Source: Phoronis australis (taxonomy: Eukaryota; Animalia; Phoronida). Taken from it: a stretch of DNA of 64,000 nt. Below are positions 14,431-29,100 of the stretch, one piece after another. Under the pieces are notes generated by a model. That model was not told where the DNA came from. It was given only the letters and a program-made list of their open reading frames with translations, and searched no databases. The DNA is taken from positions 85,050 through 149,049 of the forward strand of contig NMRA01000684.1 of NCBI GenBank assembly GCA_002633005.1, read 5' to 3'. Both the position numbers and the translations under genes were made by a program. The number at the start of each line of letters is the position of its first letter. The stretch's first letter is position 1.

Positions 14431-17400
14431 TACATAATCTTAAGAAATCAAACTTCAGTCCGCGTGTCGGTAAGTGCCAGTATAAAAGTATCGCTTGATA
14501 GATCTTCACCGAGTGTGTTCCAAATCGATAAGACGCTTTCTATAACAGCGAATTCTGAGAGAATTTTTCACACACACTCTGCCAGTACTAATCCGATAAA
14601 ACGACTCAAATGATTCCGTGCGATGGGTTTGATAATTGTTCAACTACTCTCGCTTCCACTACCAGCAGACGGCGCATGGTCACGTGACCGATCGAGTTTT
14701 GAGGTTTGAAAAGCTGAACTCGTTGGAATTTAAGTCATCGCGCATTGCTGAAACGAATTTGTCGTTCATTGCAGAAGCCAAAGAAAGAAATTCGAAATCA
14801 AACGACGTGACGTTGTAGAAATATGCTCATCAACGTCAAAACGGAGAACCCGAAACTTAATCAATATTCGCGGCGCTGATAAAAAAATCTAAAAAATCGT
14901 CTCAAGTGACGAAAACTGTAACAGCCAGCGATAAGACAGAAGAAAATAGCGTAACTGGTTCAGGTCTGCACCCGGCTCATTTTGAAACCTGGGTCTCAAT
15001 GTTTAAAGAAAAAAGACCGCGCTCGCGTCAATTTTAGCTGCATTCTATTCTTTCTAAAGCTAAACAAAATCTACAGTAGATTATCTAGTTTTTGAACGAA
15101 GTAGCTTGATCAAATTTCGGAACGTAAGTGTCTCAGACGCGGTCAGCCCTTTCCATCCGGTCGTTAGGCGTACCACGGTCTGGTCTAAAATGTGGTAAAG
15201 GGACATTTGCTGAAAAAATGTCTTCGTAAGCTGTAGAAACAGCATGTTTTTTGCGCCCAGGAGCCTCCCCGGCTGTTCCCCATTTGTGTACAGAATGAGT
15301 GCTGGACCTCTAAAACCGACTCAGCACACCTAATTGAGCTAGTTCACACAGGTGGTCATTTCGAAATGTGCAACTAAAACAAGACCCCACCAGCACATCA
15401 ATTCTCAAAAAATACAGACCATAAACAAGTATTCTTTTTGGCCTATACTGGGGCCCAATAGTCAATAACAACTGCAAGTGACATGCTTAGTCATGATGGC
15501 AAAACGTTTTGTTTTGGTGACTACGTGTAGATGCCCTCAGTCGTCAACGATCAGCCTTTCAAAACTATTTGTGGTTGATTCTTATTTGAAGTGTGTTACT
15601 GTAATCAGGAAAGGAGGTAATGCGCTATAAATGTAGCTGTTTACTGGAGCTAATGAGAACATCTGTAAGCACTGTCGAGCAGATCAGCCGTCAACGGTCT
15701 CAACTAAGCTCGGTACGCTACTCGCGAACATTAAAATGGTAGCCAGCGAAGTGATTTGTCGGCGAGGCTGGAGTGCTGAATAACGGGACGCATGTTGTTT
15801 CCGTTCCACAAGCGAAGATATTCCGCCGTAAGTGCCTCGCGAGTGTCTTTATTACGTAATACATGAGCTTTGTGAGATTAATTACAATCAGTTGCAATCA
15901 ATACTGAATGCTAATATAGATGCACAAATCGTATTTTAATCTAGCTTTGATAGATCAATAAAGTTATCAATTTATTTTTAAGACTCTGCTTCCCATTCAA
16001 ATCAGTTCAGGATGTAGTACGGTTTGTCGTCTCAGTAAAATATTCCTTCATCAGACCGCCGAGATCTGGATCGTTAACCTACATCATCATTCTATAGTCA
16101 AATCTCGGCGCGAATAGGTCATGTGATCAGTGTCACATCTACCGTTGTTATTCTTTGACCGCAATTACCAACTCATTCGAAGAGTTGGATAGCCGTCTTG
16201 CTTGGTATCTACCACTTTTAAAATTGCTATCAGAATATCGGAAGACTTGCTGAACTCATAGTGATATTGACTTCAAACAACTGACGTGAGAAGCATTTGA
16301 TAGTTCTGCTTTGTACAATAAAGAGGACAAAGGAGGTATATGGATAGATCTATAAAGACAATTAGATAAAATATCATAAATCCGTGTAAGAAGCACGTTA
16401 CAACACAGCGCATGTTCTAAAAAACACCTGTACATAGTGGTACCGAAAACAAAAGGCGTGACTCGCGTTCCATAGATTCAAAACGCTCGCAATGCTCTTG
16501 CGGCGAGAATCATCGGTTATGAAAAGGAAATGATGAATTCTACCCGTCATTCAGCATTTTAGCCTCACTGACAAATCATTTCATTGGCCGCTATCTCACT
16601 ACTGCTGGGCCGGGGTAGGCTAGCAAGGTCCCGAGCATACTCGTGAAACACTCGTATTTCATATGCGTGATTTTGCTCGAGTTTATTGTGGCTACTAGTA
16701 CGGACCGAACCTGGTGAATCGACCAGGCGTCACTTACACTGGACATACCGCTAAGGTAGCAGCTGTTTGCCAGGTAAGAAATGGTGACGTCAAGGCAAAA
16801 GTAGTAGAAGTCTGCAGCTGATTTATAAATTTAAGTTTAAAATATATGGTCCCCGAGACATGCCTCACGATGTTAGTTATGACAAACTACTATTCAGTGA
16901 AGTGAAGGCCAATTACATTTCTTAATAGCAGTTTTAATCATTATACCACAAGTTCAGAGTAACTCGGTAGTCACATCACATCATATGTAAGTGTAAACGG
17001 CACTTTTAGACAGCTAGCAAACTAGACGTGTTTAAGTAAGCGAGACTAATTTCTTGTGTATTACACGACTGTCTTGTTGTGCATTTAGTTGTGTATGTGT
17101 GCACATCTGTTTACTGTACATTATATTTTGTTCAGTATCTTTGTAATTTGCATATTTAATGTGTACACTTTCTGCCATAAATTAATATTCATTCGATTTC
17201 GTTATACATTGTCTCCACTTATATTTATGAAATAGAGCGTTTGTCTTTTCTGACAAACCTCCCTGTAAAAAAGGGTTCACCTCATGGCTTTAGAAAAACT
17301 CTTCATACAAGTCCGTTTGCGCATCGGGGCTCTACAAAAAGGTTTCGTATTCTTTTTGCCGGGTTTGCCAGGTTAAGAATACACTCCAGTATTGTAATTC

Positions 17401-20400
17401 AATAATCTTGGCCTCTGTGGGGGTGTTGTTACATGGAACAAACCTTTGCAAACACGTCGACCAGCCTAGCAGAGTTTGCCGCAAGGGAAAACCTCTTATC
17501 AAATCTTGATGCAGCTCCAGGCTATCAGCGCGCCTACTTAGCTGCTAGCAGTGAGTCGAATTAACTGTGGTTTTAATACAGTATATGAGCTAGTGTAGAG
17601 TGTAAATCAGTTGTCAACTTTCAAGTCCGTTCACGTTTTCACGAATCAGCTTTTTAAGAGTTAACTGTCCCCAATGACCGGAACACCCGAAAATTTGCTT
17701 CAAATCGTAACGCAGAAATGTGAACTTTTGAAAAATACTGATTTCATGAAAAGACTGTTGAATTTAATTTGCAGGAAAGCGTGTCTCAGATTTTTTCCGT
17801 CGAACAATGGAGACATCGGCCATCAAATTCCCGTCCAAAGTCTCTTTTGACAACTGATATCACCGTTTTGGAAAGTAACAAACATGTGCGACGACCTTCT
17901 CTGTAATATAAGTGTGAAATTTTTGTGCAAATTTACCCTCGATGTACGTTTAAGCCGCCAAAAGCGTCCAGAATCAAAAGGCTTGAACATGGCCAATGAT
18001 TATTTTCCACCGTGCACTTGAACTGAAGTCAGTAGTAGTCGTTCCAAACAACTTGCACAATAAGGCGTTTAAAGCAATAAAATTTGATTTCGTGTCAGGA
18101 AGATCTATCAATGACCGACTACGAGTAAGGAAAAAATAGCGGGTGCCCCCTAAACAAGTTTTTCATAAAAGCTCCCTACGAATAGGACCCTTTTGTTCTC
18201 ACTCTTCCAATTTCTCATCAATGACGTCATCAACCTTACTCGGTCACGATGAAAGATTTGACGTACCTCACGAGCTGTTCGTGTTCAGAATGTGTCGTAA
18301 ATGTACATTGCTAACAAAATTCAGACCACAACAAAACGTTGGTTCCTGTTGCAAGGCACTGAATTTCTACCGGCAGTTCTACGAATTCGCAAAATCGTAT
18401 AACTGAATCGGCTCATCTTTTTGATGAGCTGTGATACTCAGGTTTCCCCCTAAGGCTTCAGGCCGTGTTTTTAATGCACGCCTACTCAGTAAGCACATCC
18501 AAGAACTTGTTGAGTTATCGATTGAGAAGCAAGTAATCGCGGAAGTGTGAATTCTTTGTTCCACACGCCATGCATAATAATCCCCGTACTTTCAAAAACA
18601 ATGGTTACTTTAATGTTGTATTTTAAACTATATAATGTTTTCATAACCGGCGATTATCATAACCCGTCAGCTTCTTACAAAACCCTGGCTAGCAGAACAC
18701 TATAGCGGCTTTACTTTCCGTTCATTATTTTAAACAAGCCAATTAAATCTTTATTCATTCTGATCCTCAACATATGATAACACATTTGGTTCTGAAGTCA
18801 ATTTAATTGTGACGAGTGGTTTTCAGTTTTACACATTGTGAACCAATTATCAAAGTGGTCGAGTGCTTCTCTGAGTTTTATTGCAATAAAGAATAATTAT
18901 TCTACTCACATTTTTGTTTATTAATTTCCTATCAACGCTAACTCCCATTTAGTGACCGACATTCGATGTAAAATCAAGAAAGCTGAAAAGTACTCTAAGC
19001 TATTTATCAAATAATTGGTGCCCACGTTTGTCAATAAGTGATTTAAGGTGACAATATAGATGACAAAGTTCCGTATTTGAGAATCCATGACCTCATCGGT
19101 CGCAATTTCAATACTGCGCTAGGAGAGCTAATGGCCAAGTTTCGTGTTTTTTCAACAAACACGCCTATTTTCAGTCGACAAAATTAAATTTCACTGACAA
19201 AAGTGGGCGGCCTCACATTCACGACTAATACAAATTCATTGCCAAGAGTGCCACGTGACCTTTATTCCCCAGAATACGACGAATATAAACAAATGCAGTA
19301 TATCAAGTTCACGACCTTCCTCGTGGAATAAGGTAAATATCCTGCTTTCTTTAAGAACTTATAATTCTACATATAACGATCATGCTGAACAAGTCATGCC
19401 CGAACAGATAACATCGGGATGGGGACTCCTGCAAAAAAAGGGCCCCGAGTAAGGCCAAGCTAGAGAAGGCGGAAATTGAAATGTTACTGACCTCGACGAT
19501 CGATCAGACTTGTTATTTTTATTTGGCGAACTTACCGATTCAATATAAAACCTTGGCAACTTAGCTGACGTTTCGTTTGAACTCTCCTAGTGCCCACTAT
19601 GTCCGCAGACGGAGCGTCTGATTATATCGTCTGCCTTTTGTATAACGTTCCTTCGTTTGTCTCAATTCTCTTTTTTGGGCAATTCATTCTCTGTGGACGT
19701 CTGCCTCTTTGTCCCGATGACAGAGATGTGTCCAAGACCGCTATCTAGATTACGACCAGTACCGTTTAGCGGTTGTAGTCGAAATGTGAGATGAACAAAC
19801 AAATATAAGCACCCGCTGAGCGAAGTTCGAGTTGAGGCTGATTGATAAGTTTTTTCCACATTTTAGGAGACATTAAATAAATGTTTCCGGCGTAATTGCT
19901 ACAGAAAACTAAGATACGTGGCTTTGGGTATTTCTTTGTACCCGGATCAAAGATGATGATTTGTCTCGATGTAATATACAAAAATTCGATTTAATTAGAA
20001 TTTTATCCGTATTTTTTGTCAAACACGGGTCCATCGACTAATAGGGTGATCGGCCTCAATTTCAGTTAAATTCTACCAAATGGCTGGACGAGCGAACGTC
20101 GAGCATCGTCGATTTCCAATGAAATCACAAAAACATAACAGATTTTGCTATTTTCTAGCTCTGATCAAAGCCATTAACTTCAATCAATCCCAAAAGTGAG
20201 CTTTCGACCCCCTAAAACCGATTGTGTCTATTTAATCTTTTTCATTAGTCTCTTGTCCTAATTTCCATCGATTTCTCTTCCACTTACATTCGCATAACCG
20301 TAATGTCTCAATTACAGATTTGATAAGATTGCCAAGATTGCCTGACGATACAGCCCAAGTAACTATGTGATTCAACGGGGTTATAGCTGAACGACTCTAC

Positions 20401-23202
20401 ACGTAGTGTAATGTGCAACAAGGGGAATTTATGACGTGAATTTATCCTAGTGTTTATTCATTACGTATCAGGAGGATGGGCAAGGTTGCTGATCTACTGA
20501 AATTCCATTCTTGTGGAGCGAATTTTATTTTTTATCTTACGTACTACAAATTGTCACCTAAATCGAAGTGAACGTTTTGTTTACTGGTGCAATCTGTAGG
20601 CCTACTGTTTTCATGTGGAGTACGTTTTACGTGTATTGTTTTACACCGGTTGAGAACTTTTGAGGAGCACGTGTTGAAATTAACGTATTTAATTAAAGGG
20701 CAATGTGAGGTACCTTGTTGTAGGGCGCCACACCAATCCATCGTCTCACCGTGGTCACCTTTCTCGTACCACATGTTCAGGCACGGTCGCCCATTGACTG
20801 TGAGCGTACCTACTCTGTTATTTGTATCCGTTCTCAGCCAAAATCTATCTATTTTTAATTAATGGGCTCGGACAGATCCCTGGGGACAAATTTGATTCGA
20901 ATTATCACCGCAAGTACCCTGCTCTTTTCCAACACATGCATAACCTACTGCATGTATCTTATACGCACGTATTTAGCCGCATGCGCCTGTATGCGAAGCT
21001 GACGGCTTTCTTCTGCAATTAGGTGTATGCGCCTAAATGCGACACATTTGAGTAAAACCAAATGAATTTAGCTTAAGTATTACAGAATTGTTGACATTAA
21101 CTCGTATTCACTTGAAAGTACGTCGTATGCATGCGCTTGAATGCACATGAAACTCTAGGACAAAATGTTGTTTGAAAAACCGCAATATTTTGCATGTGGG
21201 TGCATCGGACTAAATATTCGCATGTAGGGTATTGCATAAGTTAGGTGTCACTTAAAGGTGATATCGCATTCAATATTATTTTAGGAAGGGACGATCCACT
21301 AAACTGATACGTGAACGAACGCTGTCACAACCTAATTGCAGGTTACATAAACACTGTTGTTTATGTTTACGTTTTTAGAAGAGTACCGTAAACAGATAAC
21401 TAGGTCACAAGCCAAGTGCAAATGCTAAAAATAAGACAGCTGTTTTTGCCATTCAGCCGATTTTAGAGGCAACCGGCGTGGGTATCTGTTATTGCAATAC
21501 GTTACGTACTTTTTACAAATAATCTCTTCTCGAATAAAGCATTTGCAGCAGTAGACTGGAGTTGGAGTAGTGGACAGTCTCTATTTCCAAGTTGTTTCAT
21601 GTATTTTGATACTGGGTCACTGTATGCGACTTCAGCCAGAGACCAAAAAAACAGAACAGTGTGTGTCAAACTGCCCAGGAACATTAAATACTCGAGATGT
21701 TACGGAGAATTTCACTTGTACCTGAATAACACAAACGCTTGATAACCGAGCTCACGCAGTGGAAGGGTACACATACCGTCCACCTCTGTGCTTCTAAATT
21801 CTAGCTACGCCTCCCAAGTCGTCAGAGTCCCAGACTTGCAAACATGGGGGCGCGGAGACCTAACTCCAGTCCTTGGGAACTAGTTTCTCATCCGAACAGA
21901 TGCCCGGAACTCAGGAGTTAGGGATCGCCGGCTCCATAGAGACTGGTTACAGAATATGGAGCATTTTTAACGCGTGTATGAAATTAAGAGTGCGGGTTTG
22001 GTGTTTTGTTGATCCCCGGGGCGCGCACATGACGGGATCGCTCGTTTGGTTATTCCGACATCAGCTTTACTGTTATCATTTTCTAATTCTTTACGAACAA
22101 TAAAAGAAGGTAGCACGGGAAAAGCGACAACACCCACGGGCTCTTCAGAAAACTTAAAAATACAAGTATAGGACGCCTTGCACTGTGAAAAGGTCAAACT
22201 TCTCACTGTAGGCGCGCCTTGGCGTTTTTACCGAACACTATTGGCTTTTGATTTTAGCCAAGACAGATATGTGACCATGACAAGCCAAAGTTATTTTTTG
22301 TCTTTTGCATCTTGTCTTCTGTCTATTCGAGCGCATTCAGGATTTCTGTTTTTTTGACAAATTTTCTGATCGACTTACAGCCTTAGCCTGTTTTGTGAAG
22401 CAGGCCAACCATCCGTCGACTGGTTTTTGGCCGGAAGTCGAAAGACTTCGAGAAACAGGCCAACCAGTAAAAGTGATCTTCAACCCAAAGAGACGCCATC
22501 ATCTTATATAACTCTATTCGACAATACAGAGCTAAGTGTTACGAGCTACTCAAAACCGTAGTACTCTAGATGTGTTGATTGGCATTATTATGGCACAGGT
22601 GAATGTCCAGTAGCAGTGGCGCTTGTTGCCGTCTTTAAATCGTTATTAAATGTCATGGTCATAAACAAACATGAACGTCGTTACTTCGCAGAAATATGAA
22701 ATAAAAAATAACCCCGTTATCCAGTTTTATTCTTGCGACATATTTAAAGTGGGTTAACGATAGATTTGTGCGGTATCATTAGTATAGTACCTTCTCGTTA
22801 AAATGAAACAAGTAATCGGGAAATTGGAAAATCAACTTGTATGCGTGATTCATGGAATGGTTTCCTCTCTTGTTCGGGAACTATGAAGTATTTCTGTATA
22901 CGCAATTAACCATCACAGTGTCCAGCATTCACAGGCCTTCGTTATATAGTAAGAAGATACAATTTCCCGCCGTTTTCATAAAATAATTAGACTGGCATTT
23001 CCCACAAAAAACGAGGTCGTATATCCAGTTAGTCAGTTTATTGACCACAGAGTGTGTGTACAAATTAAAACACAATGCACTCGATCAGCAAGCATTCCGA
23101 TCACTTAATAATGTAATAACAGTGAACAAAGCACTCAATGGCATAGCTATGAACAGTCGTAACAAAAGGATCCTATTTCTACTACTTAATTAACCTTATT
23201 AA

Positions 23203-23627
23203 TAGTAGAACCATAAAACTCCGTCTTTTGAAAATTCTCGATGATCACAGAATCATATATCAAATAGTGTCTAGATATTTGTAATCACAATTTATAAAAA
23301 AATCTTGATTTTCACCGCACGAAGATCGTCGTAATCCACAAAAACATCTTTTTCACATGAAACTTGCTAATTCTGTTTCTTCGTTCTATAAGCTACAAGA
23401 ATGTCCAGGATTTTCAACAAGACCATTTAGCCTGAGAACTCTGCTGTAAAAAACGAAGACGTCAACATTCTTTGAAAAAAGTGTTCGTGGAAAATACTCT
23501 CAGAGAAAAATTGAGATTTTCTTTAGGAAACGCGCAATCATGCACAATTGATAACTGCTTTTGAGTACATAACAAGATTCTGTGCTCATCAAGGATTTTA
23601 AAAATATATTGTTTTATGGGTCTACCA
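23203..23627. mobile_element. Diverged MITE with ~50-bp TIRs
   Basis: TAGTAGAACCATAAAAC...GATGATCACAGAATC versus GATTCTGTGCTCATC...GTTTTATGGGTCTACCA. Confidence 0.6.
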
Positions 23628-24742
23628 TCAATACTAAAGTTCTTTAAGAAGTGCAATGCTATGTAACGAAGGTAATCCATTAACATAACTTGCGCCAAAC
23701 CTAATTCGTTGTTATATATGGTGTATTTAAACACCCACTTAAACAAACAAAGATAATATGTGATTAGTGGAATCATTATGGCGTCTTACGTTTAAACAAT
23801 TAGACTAATGACGGTTTACAGGTTTACAGGGGAGTAAGTTGAGGCAAAACTATAAACATCAAACTCCCACTACCCGTTTTTCAAATCTTCGGTAACAGCG
23901 GCAAAGCATGAGACAGACACACACTTTGGGGTAGAGTGACAAATAGACACAGGGTAATTGACAGAAATGTCGGGCTAACACTCATTACCACCAGATGGTT
24001 CTTTCAACCTCCTCCACAGGCCACACCGGCTGGCCTATGCAGACAAGAGTACCACGTTAGGCAATGGTTATGTCTTACAGTTAGTCGTATACTTTTCTAA
24101 CCGTGCGGTTTCCCTATCAATAGTCTTTGTGTTTAATTCTTAGTAAAATACATTAACCTACATTTTAAAATAAACTCGCATTGTATCTTTTTTCATTGTA
24201 GGTGTATTTATTTCTGATGTTATTTATATTGTTCTTCTTACTTGTTAATATCTGTTTAATGTATATTACTGGGTGGTCAGCTATTAGCGGCCCCTGCCTT
24301 TGCTGGCCACCCAGTCATATAACAATGTGTTTTTAAGATTTAAAAATAAAAGTTTCTCTAAAGGCCAGGAGGCCGAGCGGCAAAAACTTTTTATTTTCGA
24401 ACACCCACCCAGCCGCCGTCTAGTTGGCTATCTTTTCATAACCTTTAACACTATACAAAGTGGCCCGATTTGATTGGCATTAAGTTACTAAAATAACCTT
24501 CGCCTCAAAGCCATCTACTTTGTTTGTTTCATGTGGCTGGGAAATCTCCCATAGAAGAGGTTGTCGGTGATATGCTGCAAGCGTGGGTGACTGCCCTGAA
24601 TTTTTGTGAGCAATTTCTGTTTTGCTCCCAGGTATGGGTGTCACCTCATCAGTGTCATCCAGAACTCGCCAGGTTTTGTATGCGTAAACATTAACAAAGA
24701 CTTTATATAGAACCTAATTTCTCCAGACATAATTTCAACACC

Positions 24743-24764
24743 GCGTGCGTGCGTGCGTGCGTGC

Positions 24765-24804
<40 letters not shown>

Positions 24805-24810
24805 GTGTGT
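24743..24810. repeat. (GCGT)n(GT)n compound microsatellite
   Basis: Seen directly. Confidence 0.95.
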
Positions 24811-25782
24811 GAGAATGGCGCGTGAAAGTCCTTCCCCCCCGCTCCCCTTTCCCGTTCCCGGTACATTTTATATTGCCTTAGATATCTATTAGTTGCTATT
24901 ATATACTTTTGTAAAAGCCAAAACTGAGGCACCCAACCTCCCAACCTCAGACTGGCTAGGTGATGTTGTCTGGGCAATAAATGTATTAAAAAAAAAAAAA
25001 AATCCAACCAAGGCACCACCAACAGTCATAAAACTAAGAAATCTATTTTATAGAAGCTGTTACATAAAAATATTCAAAAGCAGCACTGTTTCATACAAGT
25101 CTGGTTGTGGAGCAATTGCCAACTGCAGTCTGCAATGTGTCTATCCTTATATCACTGAGCTGGGCACAGGAAGTACAGTGAATACTTCCAGTGACCACGA
25201 TGAGGCCTAGCACTCCCAGCTAAAGAGATGAACTGAAGACCAGTCCTTCAAACACTGGGCAAATGAAGGCACAGTTTTCCTATTATTTAATATGTAGAAT
25301 ATCGAACAAAGTTCCCCTACAGAAAGCTAACAATAATTTAAACCCATTTACTACATTTCATCCCAACATTATTTGTTCCATTTTAACAGTACAACCGCTT
25401 TCTAACAAGTTAAGCTCAAAATAAGTTCATCAAGCACAATTTGAAAACGTTTATTTTTTACAAAGTGAGCCAACTTTTTGATGTCTGTGTCATAATAATA
25501 ATAATAAGACTTTTTTCCACTTTTATGTGCTCTTATTTACAAACTATTGAAATTTATTATCAACAGATTCTCCCCTCCCATCAGGTCACATTTTGAGTTG
25601 ACCCTCAGTGGTCATCCATTCACCCAACTACCCCTCCCCCTCCCACCAAATATTACCCCCTCACTCATCACTTCCGAGTCAATAAGAACAAAGCCGCACA
25701 AAATAATGCTTCACAGAGTGGACATCAGCTGCTCATCGAGGGGGTACAGTCACTCTTGTTGGACCCAACGTCTACAGACATG

Positions 25783-26117
25783 TTACTTGAACTCCCAGTT
25801 GTTTCCTACGCCTATGTGTACAACACTGAGGCACATGCGGGTTATTACCTGTGTCCATGACAACCCGAGCTCAAGATTTGAATACAGAGACCCGTATTGG
25901 GTATGCATTCGAGTCAAACAATCTCTCAGAATTTTCAGCAACTCATGTCTGTGAAGCCATGTGCTGTCGACACTTAGACTGCTTTCCAACTCTTCGATCA
26001 AGTTTCGTCTGTGATCAAGAGGGAATATGAAGACAATGGTTTTGTACATTCGCAGCAATGCTGTGCCCATAACTAGCACGCTAAGACATCTCTTCACTTC
26101 AATCTCCGCTCTCAAAC
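25783..26117 (-). CDS. PARP4: PARP4-like terminal coding exon, MVP-interaction domain (...QYGSLYSNLELGLSWTQVITRM...stop)
   Basis: ctag|GT TTG...TAA at 25783-25785; matches the PARP4 C-terminal QYP.I..RLELG..W motif. Candidate minus-strand AATAAA signals near 25553 and 25449. Confidence 0.88.
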
Positions 26118-29100
26118 CTAGAATTGGAAGAAATTGATGGACTATTTATTACAAAATGATAAACATCTTTTCTATACACAGGTAAATACACCATAATTCA
26201 CTATATAGTCAGGCAAGTCTAATGAAACATTCAGCAACAACTATTTTACAGTGCAAAATTATTGATCAGATAATACTAATCAAAAGGAACATGTCTTAAA
26301 GTGTACCATTGCTTTGAGGTCCAGGATAAACCAATAACTTAACAAGAATTCTGCGCCCAAGGCACCACCTGGGCCAGTAAACTTGCATTAGAAGTTCCGC
26401 ATTCATATCACATGTCTGGGTTTTATGATCCACGCATGATTTATCCACCATTCTAGGCCAAGAGTTCTCATCTCAAATGTAAAAATATTCCCATTTTGAA
26501 GGCAGGGGGAATTGTTTTGAACTCAAGGCAATACTCAACCTCTAAAGAGATGCTCAAACATGGAGTGAATGATCACAGTACATTACACAAATCAACTGGA
26601 TACACAGAATGTAATCTGTATATGGATGATAATCTACAAGTGAGATGAACGACCCTTACCAAGTGACTTGACACCAGCAGAGTTGAGAATCTCACACAGA
26701 GTTAGCCAGGTGTTGCCAACAGTTTGAAAATCTGCATCACTGTTACATTTGTTCTAAAATATAGAACAGCTCAGTAACTTTTATAAAGCACGACAATTAA
26801 ATAACGAAGTCGTGTCATAAGTCATTCTTAGTATGCTTGAAGATGATAGTTGGAATGACCAATATTGGCTGAATTCAAATGCTGCAGCAATATATCCAAA
26901 TAAAGACTGTCAGAAGAAAACAGGATTTTCCATGTTTACATATACACACATTCCAAGTAATTTCTATAATCAAAATGAATTCAATTTAAACATCTTTTAT
27001 GTACCGGTGCCTTGGATGATCTATTTGAGAATGAAAACCATCTTCTATCACGAGATGGAAATGTTTGAGACAAACATATTGTGTGGTGGAATGACAGGGT
27101 TTACAACTTTCATTTTAGTTGACGAGAGTGAAGAAAATATCCCTTTGTTAAATAAAACCCCTTTTCAATGGTTTATTATTAATAATTAAATGCAACATTA
27201 ACAATTAACATTTATGTTTACAAACTGATGTATCGATGATTCACTCAAAATGTCACATGACACTGAGGGTGAGGCTACCCATTTCTAACCATCAGATTTG
27301 CATGATTCAGTGCCAGAAGATGCTCCTAAACCTACCAGTGCTTTTGCCATAGCAAGTACATCGTCACTGAGTTCCAGGCGATTGCAGTACTTGTCTAGAA
27401 TGATGGTTTCTTCCAGAGACCATCTTTGCCACTTTTCATACAAAGATGAACCTGTTCAAATTGCATCAAGCCATAAGAAATGTCAATGAAGAGAGCTCCT
27501 GGAAGTCATGCACCAGTTTTAGGCAGAGTTGTGTTGTTGATTATATGTTGAAATATTTCAATATTTTAAAGGGTTAAACAAACTCACAAATGACTCAGAC
27601 AGCTTATCATTCTGAAATTTGTCTGGACTTACTCCTCTTGCACAGTGCATGACATGCTATTATATATCACAACTGTAGGGGCTTGTCTCGAGCAATAACG
27701 ACTCAAACTGTCAGTTGGAAGCCTAGGAATCACCTATAACTTGATAAGGAACATTTTGAGACAAATTTCATAGTGGTAAGATGTTTGTGTCAAAAGTCAA
27801 TTTTTGTGACTAAAAAGGGCTCAAATTTAAGCAATTAGGTTTTAAAAGTTTCCATGACACTTTCTTCTAGTTTTCAGGGTTTTGTTTCATGCTAATATGT
27901 AAATCTAGCACTATAACAAAACTAAATATCTGCCGTAAGCACTATTTCAACCCATTTCCGTAACAAATACCTCACACAATATTAACAAAAACTAAATACC
28001 AGTATCTGCCGTAAGCACTATTTCAACCCATTTCCGTAACAAATACCTCACACACTGATCAGCTGACAGACAACTGGGTCATGACCAGGAAACATACACT
28101 GAATGATCCCATCAAAGTCCTGCATATGTATTCATAAATTTCAAATCAACAATAAAAATTACCCAGCCATTGATCCTTGATACCTGGTTGTCACATTCAG
28201 TTCATGTGACGTCACACCATCTGATGGTACATGACATAGTATTTTTTAGTTTTTCGGTGTTGTTACTGGGTTCAGTGGTGCAGCCACAACATTCTTTCAG
28301 TGCAGCCATTGTGTTGGGGCATCTAGCCATGATAGTACTGTTTCTACCGTCTGAATAGTGGTTTACGCGCATGTGCAATTTGGGATTTTTTTGGAAAGTT
28401 TTTCCTGTACTGTGGTCAAGAGAAAGCTTTTCAGAGATGAGACAAAAATTACAACTTTGGATTTTTCAAGTCAATTTCATTTTTTCATTCCATTGTGTAT
28501 GAAAAATCTAAGGGCACATTGTCAACCTTACATCAAAATACAAAATATCAAATCAAAAATTCAAAATTAAGTACTCGTGGCCATGGCGGGACATGTTTAA
28601 AAGGTATGACAAGAATAAATATAACTTGAAAATAAATAAATACAAAGTACTGGTCAAATATTACTTTAAACAATATCAAGAGTGACGCAAAGCATTGATA
28701 TGCACCCACCTGGTGCAACACAAATGGCAAAGATATAAGGGCACTGACTCATTTGTTTAAATATTTCCATGCACAAGAGTGGAGGGCACTTATTGAACTT
28801 AAAACTGAGACTACAGGAGGCAGTGTTAGTTATCTGAAAATTGGCAAACGTAATCCTGATAGATATTGGGATTGAAGCCTGAAATTATCACTAGGGGGAA
28901 CTGCAGCAGTCAGATACATTCAGTAAATGATTCCAGTCATGTTAAGCTTAAGGGAAACTCGTTTGTCATGAGGATTGCTCAATGGATTTTGCAGGTAGAG
29001 AGGTGGACACCAAAAGAGAATAATTACCATGACAGTATTAACTAATAACACTGCTACTAGGGGGCACAACTTTTAAGCTGGCAATTACCAAAATGCAGAA

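Noticed and set aside
27336-27400. Resemblance of ILDKYCNRLELSDDVLAMAKAL to a TFIIB/cyclin-fold helix pair
   Set aside because: Too short, and the next exon lacks the following TFIIB motif; probably a generic amphipathic helix.
27915-28054. CRISPR-like repeat
   Set aside because: Only two copies, no spacer array, no cas genes, and a eukaryotic intron context.
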